From NCBI GenBank assembly GCA_964604305.1, contig CAZRYM010000004.1, forward strand, positions 4,553-68,552: a DNA stretch of 64,000 nucleotides. Reading direction: 5' to 3'. Source of the DNA: an uncultured Thermotogaceae bacterium (GTDB lineage: Bacteria; Thermotogota; Thermotogae; MWEM01). The notes below the pieces were generated by a model. That model saw nothing but the letters and a program-made list of their open reading frames with translations. It ran no database searches and was not told the DNA's origin. The first letter of the stretch is position 1. The number at the start of each line of letters is the position of its first letter. Of the stretch, positions 19,836-28,617 are shown one piece after another. Both the position numbers and the translations under genes were made by a program.

Positions 19836-20273
19836 ATGGTAAATGATATTTTAAGAAAGGAATTAAAGGATAGAAATTTTCGTATAACAGCTCAGAGAGA
19901 GCTTATTATGAGGATTTTTGCTGAATCTCCTGAAGATCACCTAAGTGTTGAGGAAGTTTACAGGAAATTGTTGGATAAAAGATCAAGGATTAGCAAAGCC
20001 ACTGTTTACAGAACGGTTGAATTGTTAAGTGATCTTGGACTGTTAAGAAAGATTGAAATCGACGAAGGTATTGTTCGATTTGAACTTGCAGACAGTAATA
20101 AACACGGAAAGCATCATGCCATTTGCACAGATTGCGGTGAAACAATCACCCTGCCGGATGAACTGGTAGAAAAAATTGAAGAACTCGTGACAAACGAAAT
20201 GGGTTTTGAACCTGAAGACCACAATATCAAATTTTACGGAAAATGTGCAAATTGCATTAAAAATCAGAAATAA
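19836..20273 (+). CDS. Fur-family metalloregulator (Fur/PerR/Zur)
   Basis: A wHTH (ATVYRTVELLSDLGLL), the HHAICTDCGE...CANC metal sites and the start ATG 19836. The track's alternative GTG start at 19821 is also possible. Confidence 0.8.
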   Translation: MVNDILRKELKDRNFRITAQRELIMRIFAESPEDHLSVEEVYRKLLDKRSRISKATVYRTVELLSDLGLLRKIEIDEGIVRFELADSNKHGKHHAICTDCGETITLPDELVEKIEELVTNEMGFEPEDHNIKFYGKCANCIKNQK

Positions 20274-20287
20274 AAAAGAATAAAACA

Positions 20288-20325
20288 ATGACGGGTGGAA
20301 AAGTTTTTCCGCCCGTTTATAATAT
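20288..20325. terminator. Bidirectional rho-independent terminator between convergent fur-family and DUF503 genes
   Basis: An ACGGGTGGA...TCCGCCCGT hairpin is flanked by A-rich and T-rich tracts. Confidence 0.5.
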
Positions 20326-20601
20326 TTCCAAAAATTCTTTTTCTACAAACCCCTCACTTATCAACTCAACCTCTTCGTTTAATTTATCCAAAATTGATTG
20401 CAAAGCATCCGCCTTATTAGATAATATTCCAACAGTAATCCCTATATATCTCAGAGAATCCTGATTGTGCGTTTCAGCAATACATGCATTGTAAGAACTG
20501 AGAACATGCGACTTAATTCTTTTAATGATGGATCTTTTTTGTTTGAGTGAAAACACTTCATCAATCCTTACTGTCATTGTAATTTTGGCAAGCACAAACA
20601 T
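20317..20601 (-). CDS. DUF503 (YlxP-like) family small protein
   Basis: 94 aa. The pattern SLKQKR...IKRIKS...AE...QD in the protein resembles YlxP/DUF503. Confidence 0.45.
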   Translation of the reverse strand: MFVLAKITMTVRIDEVFSLKQKRSIIKRIKSHVLSSYNACIAETHNQDSLRYIGITVGILSNKADALQSILDKLNEEVELISEGFVEKEFLEIL

Positions 20602-20607
20602 AATGCT

Positions 20608-21384
20608 TTATTTCCTCAAAACGATCTGTGGTTTATTATCTTCTTTATGTTGAATGATGTAAGAATCTGCATGATAGACATTCTCCAGCAATTGATTATT
20701 GATGACTTCTGAAGGTATCCCTATAGTTTCAAATTGTGAGTTGTTCATAACTGCTATTCGGTCACAATAAAGGGAAGCGATATTAATATCATGAAAGATA
20801 CCAACCACTGTTATTCCATCTTCACGGTTTTTTTTGTATACCCGTTTGATAAGTTGTTGTACGTGTCCAATATCAAGATGTGCCACAAATTCATCCAATA
20901 AAATGATTGGTGTGTTTTGAGCAAAACATTTAGCTATCAATACTCGTTGTTTCTCCCCGCCACTGAGATGATTGAACAATTTTTCTTCAAATCCTTCAAG
21001 TTCAGCTTCTTTTATTGCTTGTTTCACCATTAGACAATCTTCCTTTGATTCATCGGAAAACATATTCAGATAAGGAGTTCTGCCAAGATGAACGATTTCT
21101 TCAACCGAAAAATCATAAGCCGGGTAGAATTCTTGCATGACAGCAGAAATCTTTTTGGCAATCTCTTTTCTTTTCATTCTGCCCAAGGATTCACCCAGAA
21201 TTTCAATGAATCCATTTGAAGGGGTTAAAAAACCCAACAAAAGTTTAAAAAGAGTAGTTTTACCTGCACCATTAGGTCCAATGATACCAAAAAATTCTCC
21301 CTTCTTAATTTTGAGCGATAAGTTGTTTAAAACCGGTTTACTTCTTGGGTCATAAGAAAAAGTCAGATTTTTTATGTCTATCAT
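20608..21384 (-). CDS. ABC transporter ATP-binding protein, FepC/FhuC/BtuD-like (iron-complex/B12 type), orphan
   Basis: Walker A (GPNGAGKTT), the signature LSGGEKQRV and a FepC-like C-terminal H-loop block (IFHDINIASLYCDRIAVM). No permease or substrate-binding protein is adjacent. Confidence 0.8.
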   Translation of the reverse strand: MIDIKNLTFSYDPRSKPVLNNLSLKIKKGEFFGIIGPNGAGKTTLFKLLLGFLTPSNGFIEILGESLGRMKRKEIAKKISAVMQEFYPAYDFSVEEIVHLGRTPYLNMFSDESKEDCLMVKQAIKEAELEGFEEKLFNHLSGGEKQRVLIAKCFAQNTPIILLDEFVAHLDIGHVQQLIKRVYKKNREDGITVVGIFHDINIASLYCDRIAVMNNSQFETIGIPSEVINNQLLENVYHADSYIIQHKEDNKPQIVLRK

Positions 21385-21442
21385 TCTATCTCCTTGATTC
21401 CTTGATTAACAAATTTAATTTGTAAAAATGGCATAAAAAGTA

Positions 21443-23950
21443 TTAAATCATTCCCATGAGGGAGTTCTGGATGCCTATTTTCGGTTGAATCTCTTCTCCG
21501 ATATAAAAATCCAATGTAAGACGAAAATCCAACCAGTATTGTACTCCGATGTCTATCCACATTCCTAAAATTATTGCATAGGGTATTTCTTTTGAAAGGT
21601 CTTGACTCAGTCCAAAATGAAAGACTGGCGATGATAACCTGAATTTCCCTTCCTGTGTGCCTACCGGAGAAATGAAATTCAGTGGATACCAACTTTCAGC
21701 TGTTAAAATGGTTTTTGAGTAAGCGGTTGTTTGGCTTATCATTCCGGTCATAGAGTATGGAAGAGCCAATCCGACAGCCGATTGAGAGAAAAATCCCGAA
21801 GTTCCCAATTGGATTATTTGTTGAAACTGCGGGACGGAAATGGGATTATCCGGATAAACGATGGGCTTAAACGCTTGATGAAGATAAAAGTCCGTGATTG
21901 GTTTCCATGGCAGATCATCACTTGTATGATTAATGCCGAGATTTAAAGCAGGTTCAATGTACGCAGCTCTTTCGTCTTCACGTAAGGCAAAAGGAAATCG
22001 GAAAGAAGCTGACAATTCTTCATACTCGCTTGTTCCATTCCAAGTTAATTGAAAGTCGGGAAAACCTCTGTGAATAAGGGAATAATCCCATACGAAATAA
22101 TCTCCGATTCCACCCAGATATCCATACCAGATCCATTCCTTCATATCATCCCACCCTGCAATGCCTGCAACACCTATTAGTTTATCTTCCAAGGCAAAAA
22201 GAGCAGGGATTCCAAAACGGGGGATGGGTAAGAGAGTTTGTTGATAATCCCAATTTTTAAGAAGGCTATCATAAACAGGGTCTTCATCAAGATTTAGTTC
22301 AACATATTCTATCCGTTGCTGTTCGATAGTTAATGGTTCTTCAGCCGAAGAAAGCAGCCGATTAAAAACAAACCCTTTACCGGAGTAGCTTCTGAAATAA
22401 TAATCTCCATTAAAAAAAACCGGTTTATATGCACCAAATTCGGAATCGGTAAGTTTTGTACAACTGGATTTCAATTCATCGAAGAAGTAAATGTTGTATT
22501 CGCCCTCTTTGTCACTGGCGTACAAAACTCCATCAGAGTAGAGAAATGGATCTATTTCGTTTTCAGGTGTCCGCATTACAACGGATAATTTATCAGTTTC
22601 TAAATCCAACTCGTAAAGATCAGCATTTCCGTTATATGTAATAGACATGATCATACGTCCATCGTAGCTACTCATGTTGTTGATATAGAAATCCGAATTG
22701 GGAGACAGGTAATAAGCAATCTTTTCAGTTATTATATTGTATGTAGCTAATCCTGTACCCCCTTTTTCCAAAAAAGTGTAAATAAGTGTTTCATCATCCA
22801 ACCATTCGACAGACTGTGGTCTTTTCACCTCTTCTAAACGCTTAAATGACCCCTTAAAGCCACCTATATATAAGCTGAGGTCATATTGTTCATAACCGTT
22901 GGAATTTGCGTAAATTATGGCAATATTATCAGAAGGTGAAACTGCAAAGTTTGTTGGTATTGGAAGTGTCTTTGAAGATATAGATTCATCATTTCGACGA
23001 TAAAGTTTTGTTTGCGCACCGGGAACTTGAACAAAATAATAAAGATATGAATCGGAAACAGCGCTTAAACCTGAATAATAAATCGATTCCGTAACCTTTT
23101 CATAGATATAGTTTTCTGATATTTTCTCCATAGAGGTTATACTATAAAGCCAGGCCTTCCAAGCTGAAATAAAATCTGAAAAGCCGGAACCACTTATATC
23201 TTCTATCATTCTGATAAAGTTGAATCTATATTCATTACCGTATTCATTAACCATTTTTGAAACTGCCTGCTCACCGAAGGTTTCTTCCAGATATTTAACA
23301 AAAAAAGAACCGTAAAGATAGTTAAAACCAATAGGGGTAAAATCGGGAGAAGTCATTCCTCCAGCCAAGCTCAGCCCTCTGAATCCATTATCTTGTATTT
23401 CGGCTTTTAAATAGGAAAGATATCGGCTATCGTTGAGTCTTCCTTTTTCAAAAAGTAATGACTCTGAATAGATTGAAACTCCTTCGTGCAAAAAGGAAGG
23501 TGTAAAAGCAGTATCAAAAAGGACTGATACCGGATGTCCAAACAAACCGAGCAAATCTTTCATCCAGTCCGATTTATTGGCCAGCAAAATGTGTGTCAAT
23601 TCATGTGAAAACACAAAAGGGACCCACCATTTATATGTGTTATTATAATAATCAGATGAACTTCTATTAGTATAAATGATGATTGCATTTGAAAAGATAT
23701 CCGCATAGGCATTTGCAAAATCCACTGTATCTAACAAATAGACCTTCAATCGTTTTTTTAGTGTTATGCCGTAAAAATCAGTTAAGGTTTTGTATATTTC
23801 ATCCCCTTGTTGTATTAATTGAACAGCGGCATCATGGACGGATTGCTGATAATAAACGTCAAAATGTTCTGCAGGAAAATGATAATAACTTTGAGAAATG
23901 GATATAGTGGCAAGTAAAAGAAAAAATAAGATCAATATGAATCTTTTCAT
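21443..23950 (-). CDS. Large secreted protein with an N-terminal HExxH zincin-like region and a TolB/PD40-like beta-propeller region
   Basis: A signal peptide, an HELTH (HExxH) motif and repeated ...DG...Y...D... propeller-like segments. It has no recognisable named family. Confidence 0.45.
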   Translation of the reverse strand: MKRFILILFFLLLATISISQSYYHFPAEHFDVYYQQSVHDAAVQLIQQGDEIYKTLTDFYGITLKKRLKVYLLDTVDFANAYADIFSNAIIIYTNRSSSDYYNNTYKWWVPFVFSHELTHILLANKSDWMKDLLGLFGHPVSVLFDTAFTPSFLHEGVSIYSESLLFEKGRLNDSRYLSYLKAEIQDNGFRGLSLAGGMTSPDFTPIGFNYLYGSFFVKYLEETFGEQAVSKMVNEYGNEYRFNFIRMIEDISGSGFSDFISAWKAWLYSITSMEKISENYIYEKVTESIYYSGLSAVSDSYLYYFVQVPGAQTKLYRRNDESISSKTLPIPTNFAVSPSDNIAIIYANSNGYEQYDLSLYIGGFKGSFKRLEEVKRPQSVEWLDDETLIYTFLEKGGTGLATYNIITEKIAYYLSPNSDFYINNMSSYDGRMIMSITYNGNADLYELDLETDKLSVVMRTPENEIDPFLYSDGVLYASDKEGEYNIYFFDELKSSCTKLTDSEFGAYKPVFFNGDYYFRSYSGKGFVFNRLLSSAEEPLTIEQQRIEYVELNLDEDPVYDSLLKNWDYQQTLLPIPRFGIPALFALEDKLIGVAGIAGWDDMKEWIWYGYLGGIGDYFVWDYSLIHRGFPDFQLTWNGTSEYEELSASFRFPFALREDERAAYIEPALNLGINHTSDDLPWKPITDFYLHQAFKPIVYPDNPISVPQFQQIIQLGTSGFFSQSAVGLALPYSMTGMISQTTAYSKTILTAESWYPLNFISPVGTQEGKFRLSSPVFHFGLSQDLSKEIPYAIILGMWIDIGVQYWLDFRLTLDFYIGEEIQPKIGIQNSLMGMI

Positions 23951-24026
23951 AAAAAAACCTCCCTGAAATTCTTTGCATTTTGAGAAATTTAATATATAAT
24001 AAAAAAAACGAAGGGGATGAAAAGAT

Positions 24027-25172
24027 TTGGATATTTACGAAAAGGCTCTTGAACACCATAGAAAATGGCAAGGAAAGATTTCTACTTATGTGAAATCTAT
24101 CGTTCAAAATAAAGAAGATCTTAGTTTAGCTTACACCCCCGGAGTTGCCGCTCCATGCAAAGAAATTGTAAAGAACCCTGACAATATATATGATTATACA
24201 ATAAAAGGCAATACAATTGCCATAGTAAGTGATGGCTCAGCTGTATTGGGATTGGGAAACATTGGTCCACAAGCCGCTATTCCTGTGATGGAGGGTAAAG
24301 CGGTCCTGTTCAAAGCATTTGCTGATTTGAATGCTTTTCCAATTTGCCTAAATACTCAGGACAGTGAAGAGATCATCCAAACTGTGATTAATATTTCCCC
24401 TGTTTTTGGAGGAATAAATTTGGAAGACATTTCTGCACCACGTTGTTTTTATATTGAAAAGAGGTTAAAGGAATTGTTGAGTATACCTGTTTTTCACGAT
24501 GATCAACATGGAACTGCGGTAGTGGTACTGGCAGGAATCATTAATGCATTAAAGTTGGTGAAAAAATCGATCATGCAATGTAAGGTTGTGATCAATGGAG
24601 CAGGAGCTGCTGGAATTGCAATTGCTAAATTACTCAGCAGTTATGGTTTTATTGAGATCGTTTTATGTGATAAAAAAGGTGCTATTTACCAAGGTGCAGA
24701 CTGGCTAAATGATGAACAGGAATACATGGCAAAAGAAACCAATCCCTATAAGGAAAAAGGAGATCTTCGAAAGGTTATTGCAAATTCTGATATATTTATC
24801 GGTGTATCTGCTCCTGATGTGGTTGATGGAGATATGATTAAAAGTATGAACAAAGATTCCATCGTTTTTGCTATGGCGAATCCAAAACCTGAGATATCTC
24901 CAGAACTTGCTAAAGCCGCCGGTGCAAAAATAGTTGGGACAGGAAGATCTGATTATCCAAATCAAGTTAATAACGTACTGGCCTTTCCCGGTATTATGAA
25001 AGCTGCTGTAAAAATGAAGAAACAGATTACTGATGATGTTAAAACAAAAGCTGCTGAAGCATTGGCATCATTTATTCATGAGGATCAGCTATCTTGCGAA
25101 AAAATACTTCCTTATCCTTTTGAAAAGGGTATAGCTGAATATATTGCCAAAGCGATTGAAGGGGATTTTTGA
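24027..25172 (+). CDS. NAD(P)-dependent malic enzyme (short form)
   Basis: [11 protein letters not shown] and the NAD-binding [11 protein letters not shown]. Confidence 0.85.
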   Translation: MDIYEKALEHHRKWQGKISTYVKSIVQNKEDLSLAYTPGVAAPCKEIVKNPDNIYDYTIKGNTIAIVSDGSAVLGLGNIGPQAAIPVMEGKAVLFKAFADLNAFPICLNTQDSEEIIQTVINISPVFGGINLEDISAPRCFYIEKRLKELLSIPVFHDDQHGTAVVVLAGIINALKLVKKSIMQCKVVINGAGAAGIAIAKLLSSYGFIEIVLCDKKGAIYQGADWLNDEQEYMAKETNPYKEKGDLRKVIANSDIFIGVSAPDVVDGDMIKSMNKDSIVFAMANPKPEISPELAKAAGAKIVGTGRSDYPNQVNNVLAFPGIMKAAVKMKKQITDDVKTKAAEALASFIHEDQLSCEKILPYPFEKGIAEYIAKAIEGDF

Positions 25173-25199
25173 CTCTTGTGAATAAAATGGAGGTTAAAG

Positions 25200-26123
25200 A
25201 TGAAAAAGGTTGTTTTACTTGGAGAAGCCTTAATAGATTTTCTTTCAGATGATTATTCAGAGCATCTTTCAGATGTGGAAGGTTTTAAAAGGCATGCAGG
25301 CGGATCACCTGCAAATATCACCGCGAATCTTCTGAATCTCGGTGAAGATGCCATCCTCATAACGAGAATAGGCAAGGATCCCTTTGGTGATTATCTCACT
25401 CATACCTTCCAGGAAAAGGGAATTGATACCAGCTATGTACAAGTCGATGAGGAGAGAAACACCTCTTTAGTTTTTGTTGCCAAATCAAAAGGTAATCCTA
25501 AATTTTTACCAGTAAGATCTGCTGATTATTATATTGAAAAACCAAATAACATAAAAGAAGTGCTTAAAGAAACAGGCTTTTTTCACATCAGCTCATGGAG
25601 TATATCTCATAATCCCTCCCGTAAAACTGTTTTTAGTATCATAGATGATATTGCGGATACAAAGATAAAATTATGTTTTGATCCGAATTATCGGAAGATA
25701 TTATGGGAAAGAGAGGATGATCCCATGATAACCATTTCAAAGGTTCTAAAAAACACATATCTTTGTAAACCTTCAGATGATGATGCCTTTCATATTTTTG
25801 GGAAAATGGACAGTGAAACATATGTAAAAGAATTTCATAAATTAGGAGCACAAAATGTCATCCTTACCATGGGAAAAGATGGCGCACTTGTTTCAGATGG
25901 TAAAAAAATGGTTCATCAGGAAACTGTTAGTCGAGTCGTTGTGGAAACAACAGGTGCAGGTGACGGTTTTTGGTCAGGAGTCTATTGTGCATTTATTAAT
26001 AATCAAGACATCTTTACAGCTGCAAGGTGGGGTAGTGCGGTAGCAGCTTTCAGACTTAGAACGGTCGGATCAGATCTCCCTTTACCTTCGATGGCAGTTA
26101 TCAGATCCGAGTTTTTGATGTGA
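25200..26123 (+). CDS. PfkB-family sugar kinase, probably fructokinase
   Basis: A ribokinase-like fold with the N-terminal GEALIDF motif and a C-terminal TGAGD anion-hole motif. It lies directly upstream of a sucrose-phosphate-synthase-like gene. Confidence 0.7.
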   Translation: MKKVVLLGEALIDFLSDDYSEHLSDVEGFKRHAGGSPANITANLLNLGEDAILITRIGKDPFGDYLTHTFQEKGIDTSYVQVDEERNTSLVFVAKSKGNPKFLPVRSADYYIEKPNNIKEVLKETGFFHISSWSISHNPSRKTVFSIIDDIADTKIKLCFDPNYRKILWEREDDPMITISKVLKNTYLCKPSDDDAFHIFGKMDSETYVKEFHKLGAQNVILTMGKDGALVSDGKKMVHQETVSRVVVETTGAGDGFWSGVYCAFINNQDIFTAARWGSAVAAFRLRTVGSDLPLPSMAVIRSEFLM

Positions 26124-26190
26124 AAATATGAATCTAATAAGCATGAAATAAAAGTAACTACGTTTATGAGCTCGAAAAAGGAGTGAAAAG

Positions 26191-27591
26191 ATGAGAATAG
26201 CTTTTTTAAACCCGCAAGGTAATTTTGATTCCAAAGATAGTTACTGGACAGAACATCCTGATTTTGGAGGTCAACTTGTATATGTCAAAGAATTGGCTTC
26301 AGCAATGGCAGAGACAGGAATTCAAACAGATATTATAACTAGAAAAATTATTGATTCAAAATGGCCTGAATTTCAATCTGAGACAGATGTATATGAAAAT
26401 ATTAAGGATTTAAGAATAATACGTATTCCCTGTGGCCCTGAGACCTTTTTGAGAAAGGAAGATTTATGGCCTTATCTTGATGAATGGTCTAAGAACATTG
26501 TCGAATTTTACAAAAGAGAAGATGAATATCCTGATTTTTTTACCGGACATTATGGCGATGGTGGTATTGCCTGTGCTATGATTTCTGATATAAAGAAGAT
26601 TCCTTATTCTTTTACAGCACATTCACTGGGTGCTTTAAAAATGGATAAGCTTGGTATAAACAAGGAAAATATCAACGATTTTGAACGTATATTCCATTTC
26701 AGCAAGCGGTTAGCAGCTGAAAGAATTTCTATGAAATACTCATGTGTCAATTTTGTCAGTACTGAAATGGAAAGATTCGAACAATATGGTCATCCAAAAT
26801 ATGAAAGATGGATCAATGTAAAGGATGATTCTCATTTCAAAGTAGTTCCTCCAGGAGTCAACAGAAAGATTTTTAATGAAACACCATCTTTTGAAGATCA
26901 AGCTGCTCAGCAACAGCTAAATGCCTTTAAAAAACCTCTCGTTATTCTCTCTAGTAGAATCGATGCCAAAAAAAATCATTTAGGAGTGATTAAAGCATTT
27001 GCCAACAACAAGGCATTAAGAGAAAAAGCTCATTTGGTGATCGTAGTCAGAGGTGTGGAAGATGTTTATGAAAGCATTGATACACTAAAAGAAAGTGAGA
27101 AGAAGATTGTAAAAGAATGGCTGACTTTTATCAAAGAAAACAGATTAAAGAATCATGTATCTTTTTATAATGCTGAAAATCAACATGATTTAGCAGCTCT
27201 TTACAGGACTGCAAGAGAAAAAGGTTCTTTTTTTTGTAATCCCGCTTTGTATGAACCCTTTGGGTTGACAGTGATAGAAGCGATGTCCTGTGGACTTCCT
27301 GTTGTGGCAACCAGAAATGGTGGGCCCAGTGAAATATTACGAGAAAATGGGTTTAAATATGGTTTTTTATTCGATCCCGAAGAAGTTGATTCAATCATAG
27401 AGGCTTTAAACAAGTGTTTAATGACAAAAAAGGATTACCAAAAATATTCTGAACTTTCTATTTCAAGAGTTCTTGAAAAATATACATGGTCGAAAACTGC
27501 TCAGGAATATTTAAAAGAAATCAAAGCAAAGCTTGTAGATTATAAACCTGGAGTGATAAATCTAACAGCTTTTTATGAAACTTTAAAATAA
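26191..27591 (+). CDS. GT4 glycosyltransferase, sucrose-phosphate synthase-like
   Basis: The N-terminus IAFLNPQGNFDSKDSYWTEHPDFGGQLVYVKELA is characteristic of bacterial SPS. The C-terminal GT-B E-x7-E region is FGLTVIEAMSCGLPVVAT. Confidence 0.7.
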   Translation: MRIAFLNPQGNFDSKDSYWTEHPDFGGQLVYVKELASAMAETGIQTDIITRKIIDSKWPEFQSETDVYENIKDLRIIRIPCGPETFLRKEDLWPYLDEWSKNIVEFYKREDEYPDFFTGHYGDGGIACAMISDIKKIPYSFTAHSLGALKMDKLGINKENINDFERIFHFSKRLAAERISMKYSCVNFVSTEMERFEQYGHPKYERWINVKDDSHFKVVPPGVNRKIFNETPSFEDQAAQQQLNAFKKPLVILSSRIDAKKNHLGVIKAFANNKALREKAHLVIVVRGVEDVYESIDTLKESEKKIVKEWLTFIKENRLKNHVSFYNAENQHDLAALYRTAREKGSFFCNPALYEPFGLTVIEAMSCGLPVVATRNGGPSEILRENGFKYGFLFDPEEVDSIIEALNKCLMTKKDYQKYSELSISRVLEKYTWSKTAQEYLKEIKAKLVDYKPGVINLTAFYETLK

Positions 27592-27598
27592 TAAAAAA

Positions 27599-27954
27599 TG
27601 GTGGAGGCGGGGGGAATTGAACCCCCGTCCGAAAGTAGCGTATAGAAGGCATCTACGTGCGTAGCTTTTGTTTTAATTTCGGATCAACCAGGTACAAAAG
27701 CAAACCCCGTTAATCCTATCCGCTAAATTGTCCTTATGCTCATTGCGGAAATGAACATAAGTGAGCTCGAATTATCGTCGCTCTTTCAGTCCGTCTCGAG
27801 CTAAACAGTCTGAAGAACGGTAGCCTTTTTTAGGCTGCTAAAGCAAATTCAGTTTCGTCAATTAATTTGATTGTTCACCCGTTTAACGAGTCTGATGAAA
27901 ACTCGGCACGCTTCCTTTTATCCGTCAACTTCCGTCGAACCCTGATCGCCCCCC
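27599..27954 (-). ncRNA. ssrA: tmRNA (transfer-messenger RNA)
   Basis: The minus strand reads 5'-GGGGGCGAUCAGGGUUCGACGG...GGACGGGGGUUCAAUUCCCCCCGCCUCCACCA-3'. The acceptor and T-arm pair up. An internal reading frame ends GAC GAA ACU GAA UUU GCU UUA GCA GCC UAA, giving a tag ...DETEFALAA. Confidence 0.85.
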
Positions 27955-28016
27955 TATAGGGGTTAATTCCTTAGTGTCAGTATATGATTGTATCATAAAT
28001 ATCCGCTTTTTTCAAA

Positions 28017-28616
28017 TCAAAATTTTGGAATCAATTTCTCGAGTAGATCATCGCAACTTTTATATAAGTCTTTCAAAGTGCCGTTATTCATAATGACGTA
28101 ATCTACTTTTTCTTCATTCATCTTTTGTGTTTGTAAAATCTTTTCAATCTCTTTAGGGGGTTTATTATCCCGCTTCATTATACGTTTTATAATATCTTTT
28201 TCAGCAGCTTTTATTAAGACTGTTAAATCAAGATATTTGTTCATGCCCATTTTGAAAAGAATTGCAGCTTCCAAAAAAACTACTTTCACACCCTTTTCAA
28301 ATTCCATTGTTATCCATTCTTTTGCTAATTCATTCATCTTAGGATGTAAGATTGCGTTTAAACTATCAAGTTTTTTTTGATCGTTAAACACAATTTCTGA
28401 CAGTTTTTTCCTGTTTATGCGATTTGAGCTATCTAAGATCCTTTTTCCAAAAACTGAGATTAATATTTTTATAATGCTCAAATCATAGAGGACATCGTGT
28501 CCAACTTGATCCATAAAAAGGACCGGATAACCGGTCCTTTCGATGTATTTTGCAGCTTCAGTTTTCCCTGAGCCTATCAGACCGGTTATGCCGACACTTA
28601 TTCTATCCGGTGTCAT
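28017..28616 (-). CDS. coaE: Dephospho-CoA kinase
   Basis: P-loop GITGLIGSGKT. The start is ATG 28616, 2 nt after the pmbA stop. The longer 265-aa track ORF is an artefactual N-terminal extension. Confidence 0.85.
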   Translation of the reverse strand: MTPDRISVGITGLIGSGKTEAAKYIERTGYPVLFMDQVGHDVLYDLSIIKILISVFGKRILDSSNRINRKKLSEIVFNDQKKLDSLNAILHPKMNELAKEWITMEFEKGVKVVFLEAAILFKMGMNKYLDLTVLIKAAEKDIIKRIMKRDNKPPKEIEKILQTQKMNEEKVDYVIMNNGTLKDLYKSCDDLLEKLIPKF

Positions 28617-28617
28617 T

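Noticed and set aside
21381-21692. 103-aa minus-strand ORF overlapping the 3' end of the 835-aa gene and the start of the ABC ATPase
   Set aside because: It lies entirely within or alongside better-supported genes on the same strand in another frame. Its composition is arginine/serine-rich and it has no RBS. It is most likely spurious
27592-28016. Possibility that the tmRNA-flanking region is a genomic-island junction
   Set aside because: No integrase, no direct repeat of the ssrA 3' end and no compositional shift are visible in the window. The flanking genes (sps, frk, coaE) look native
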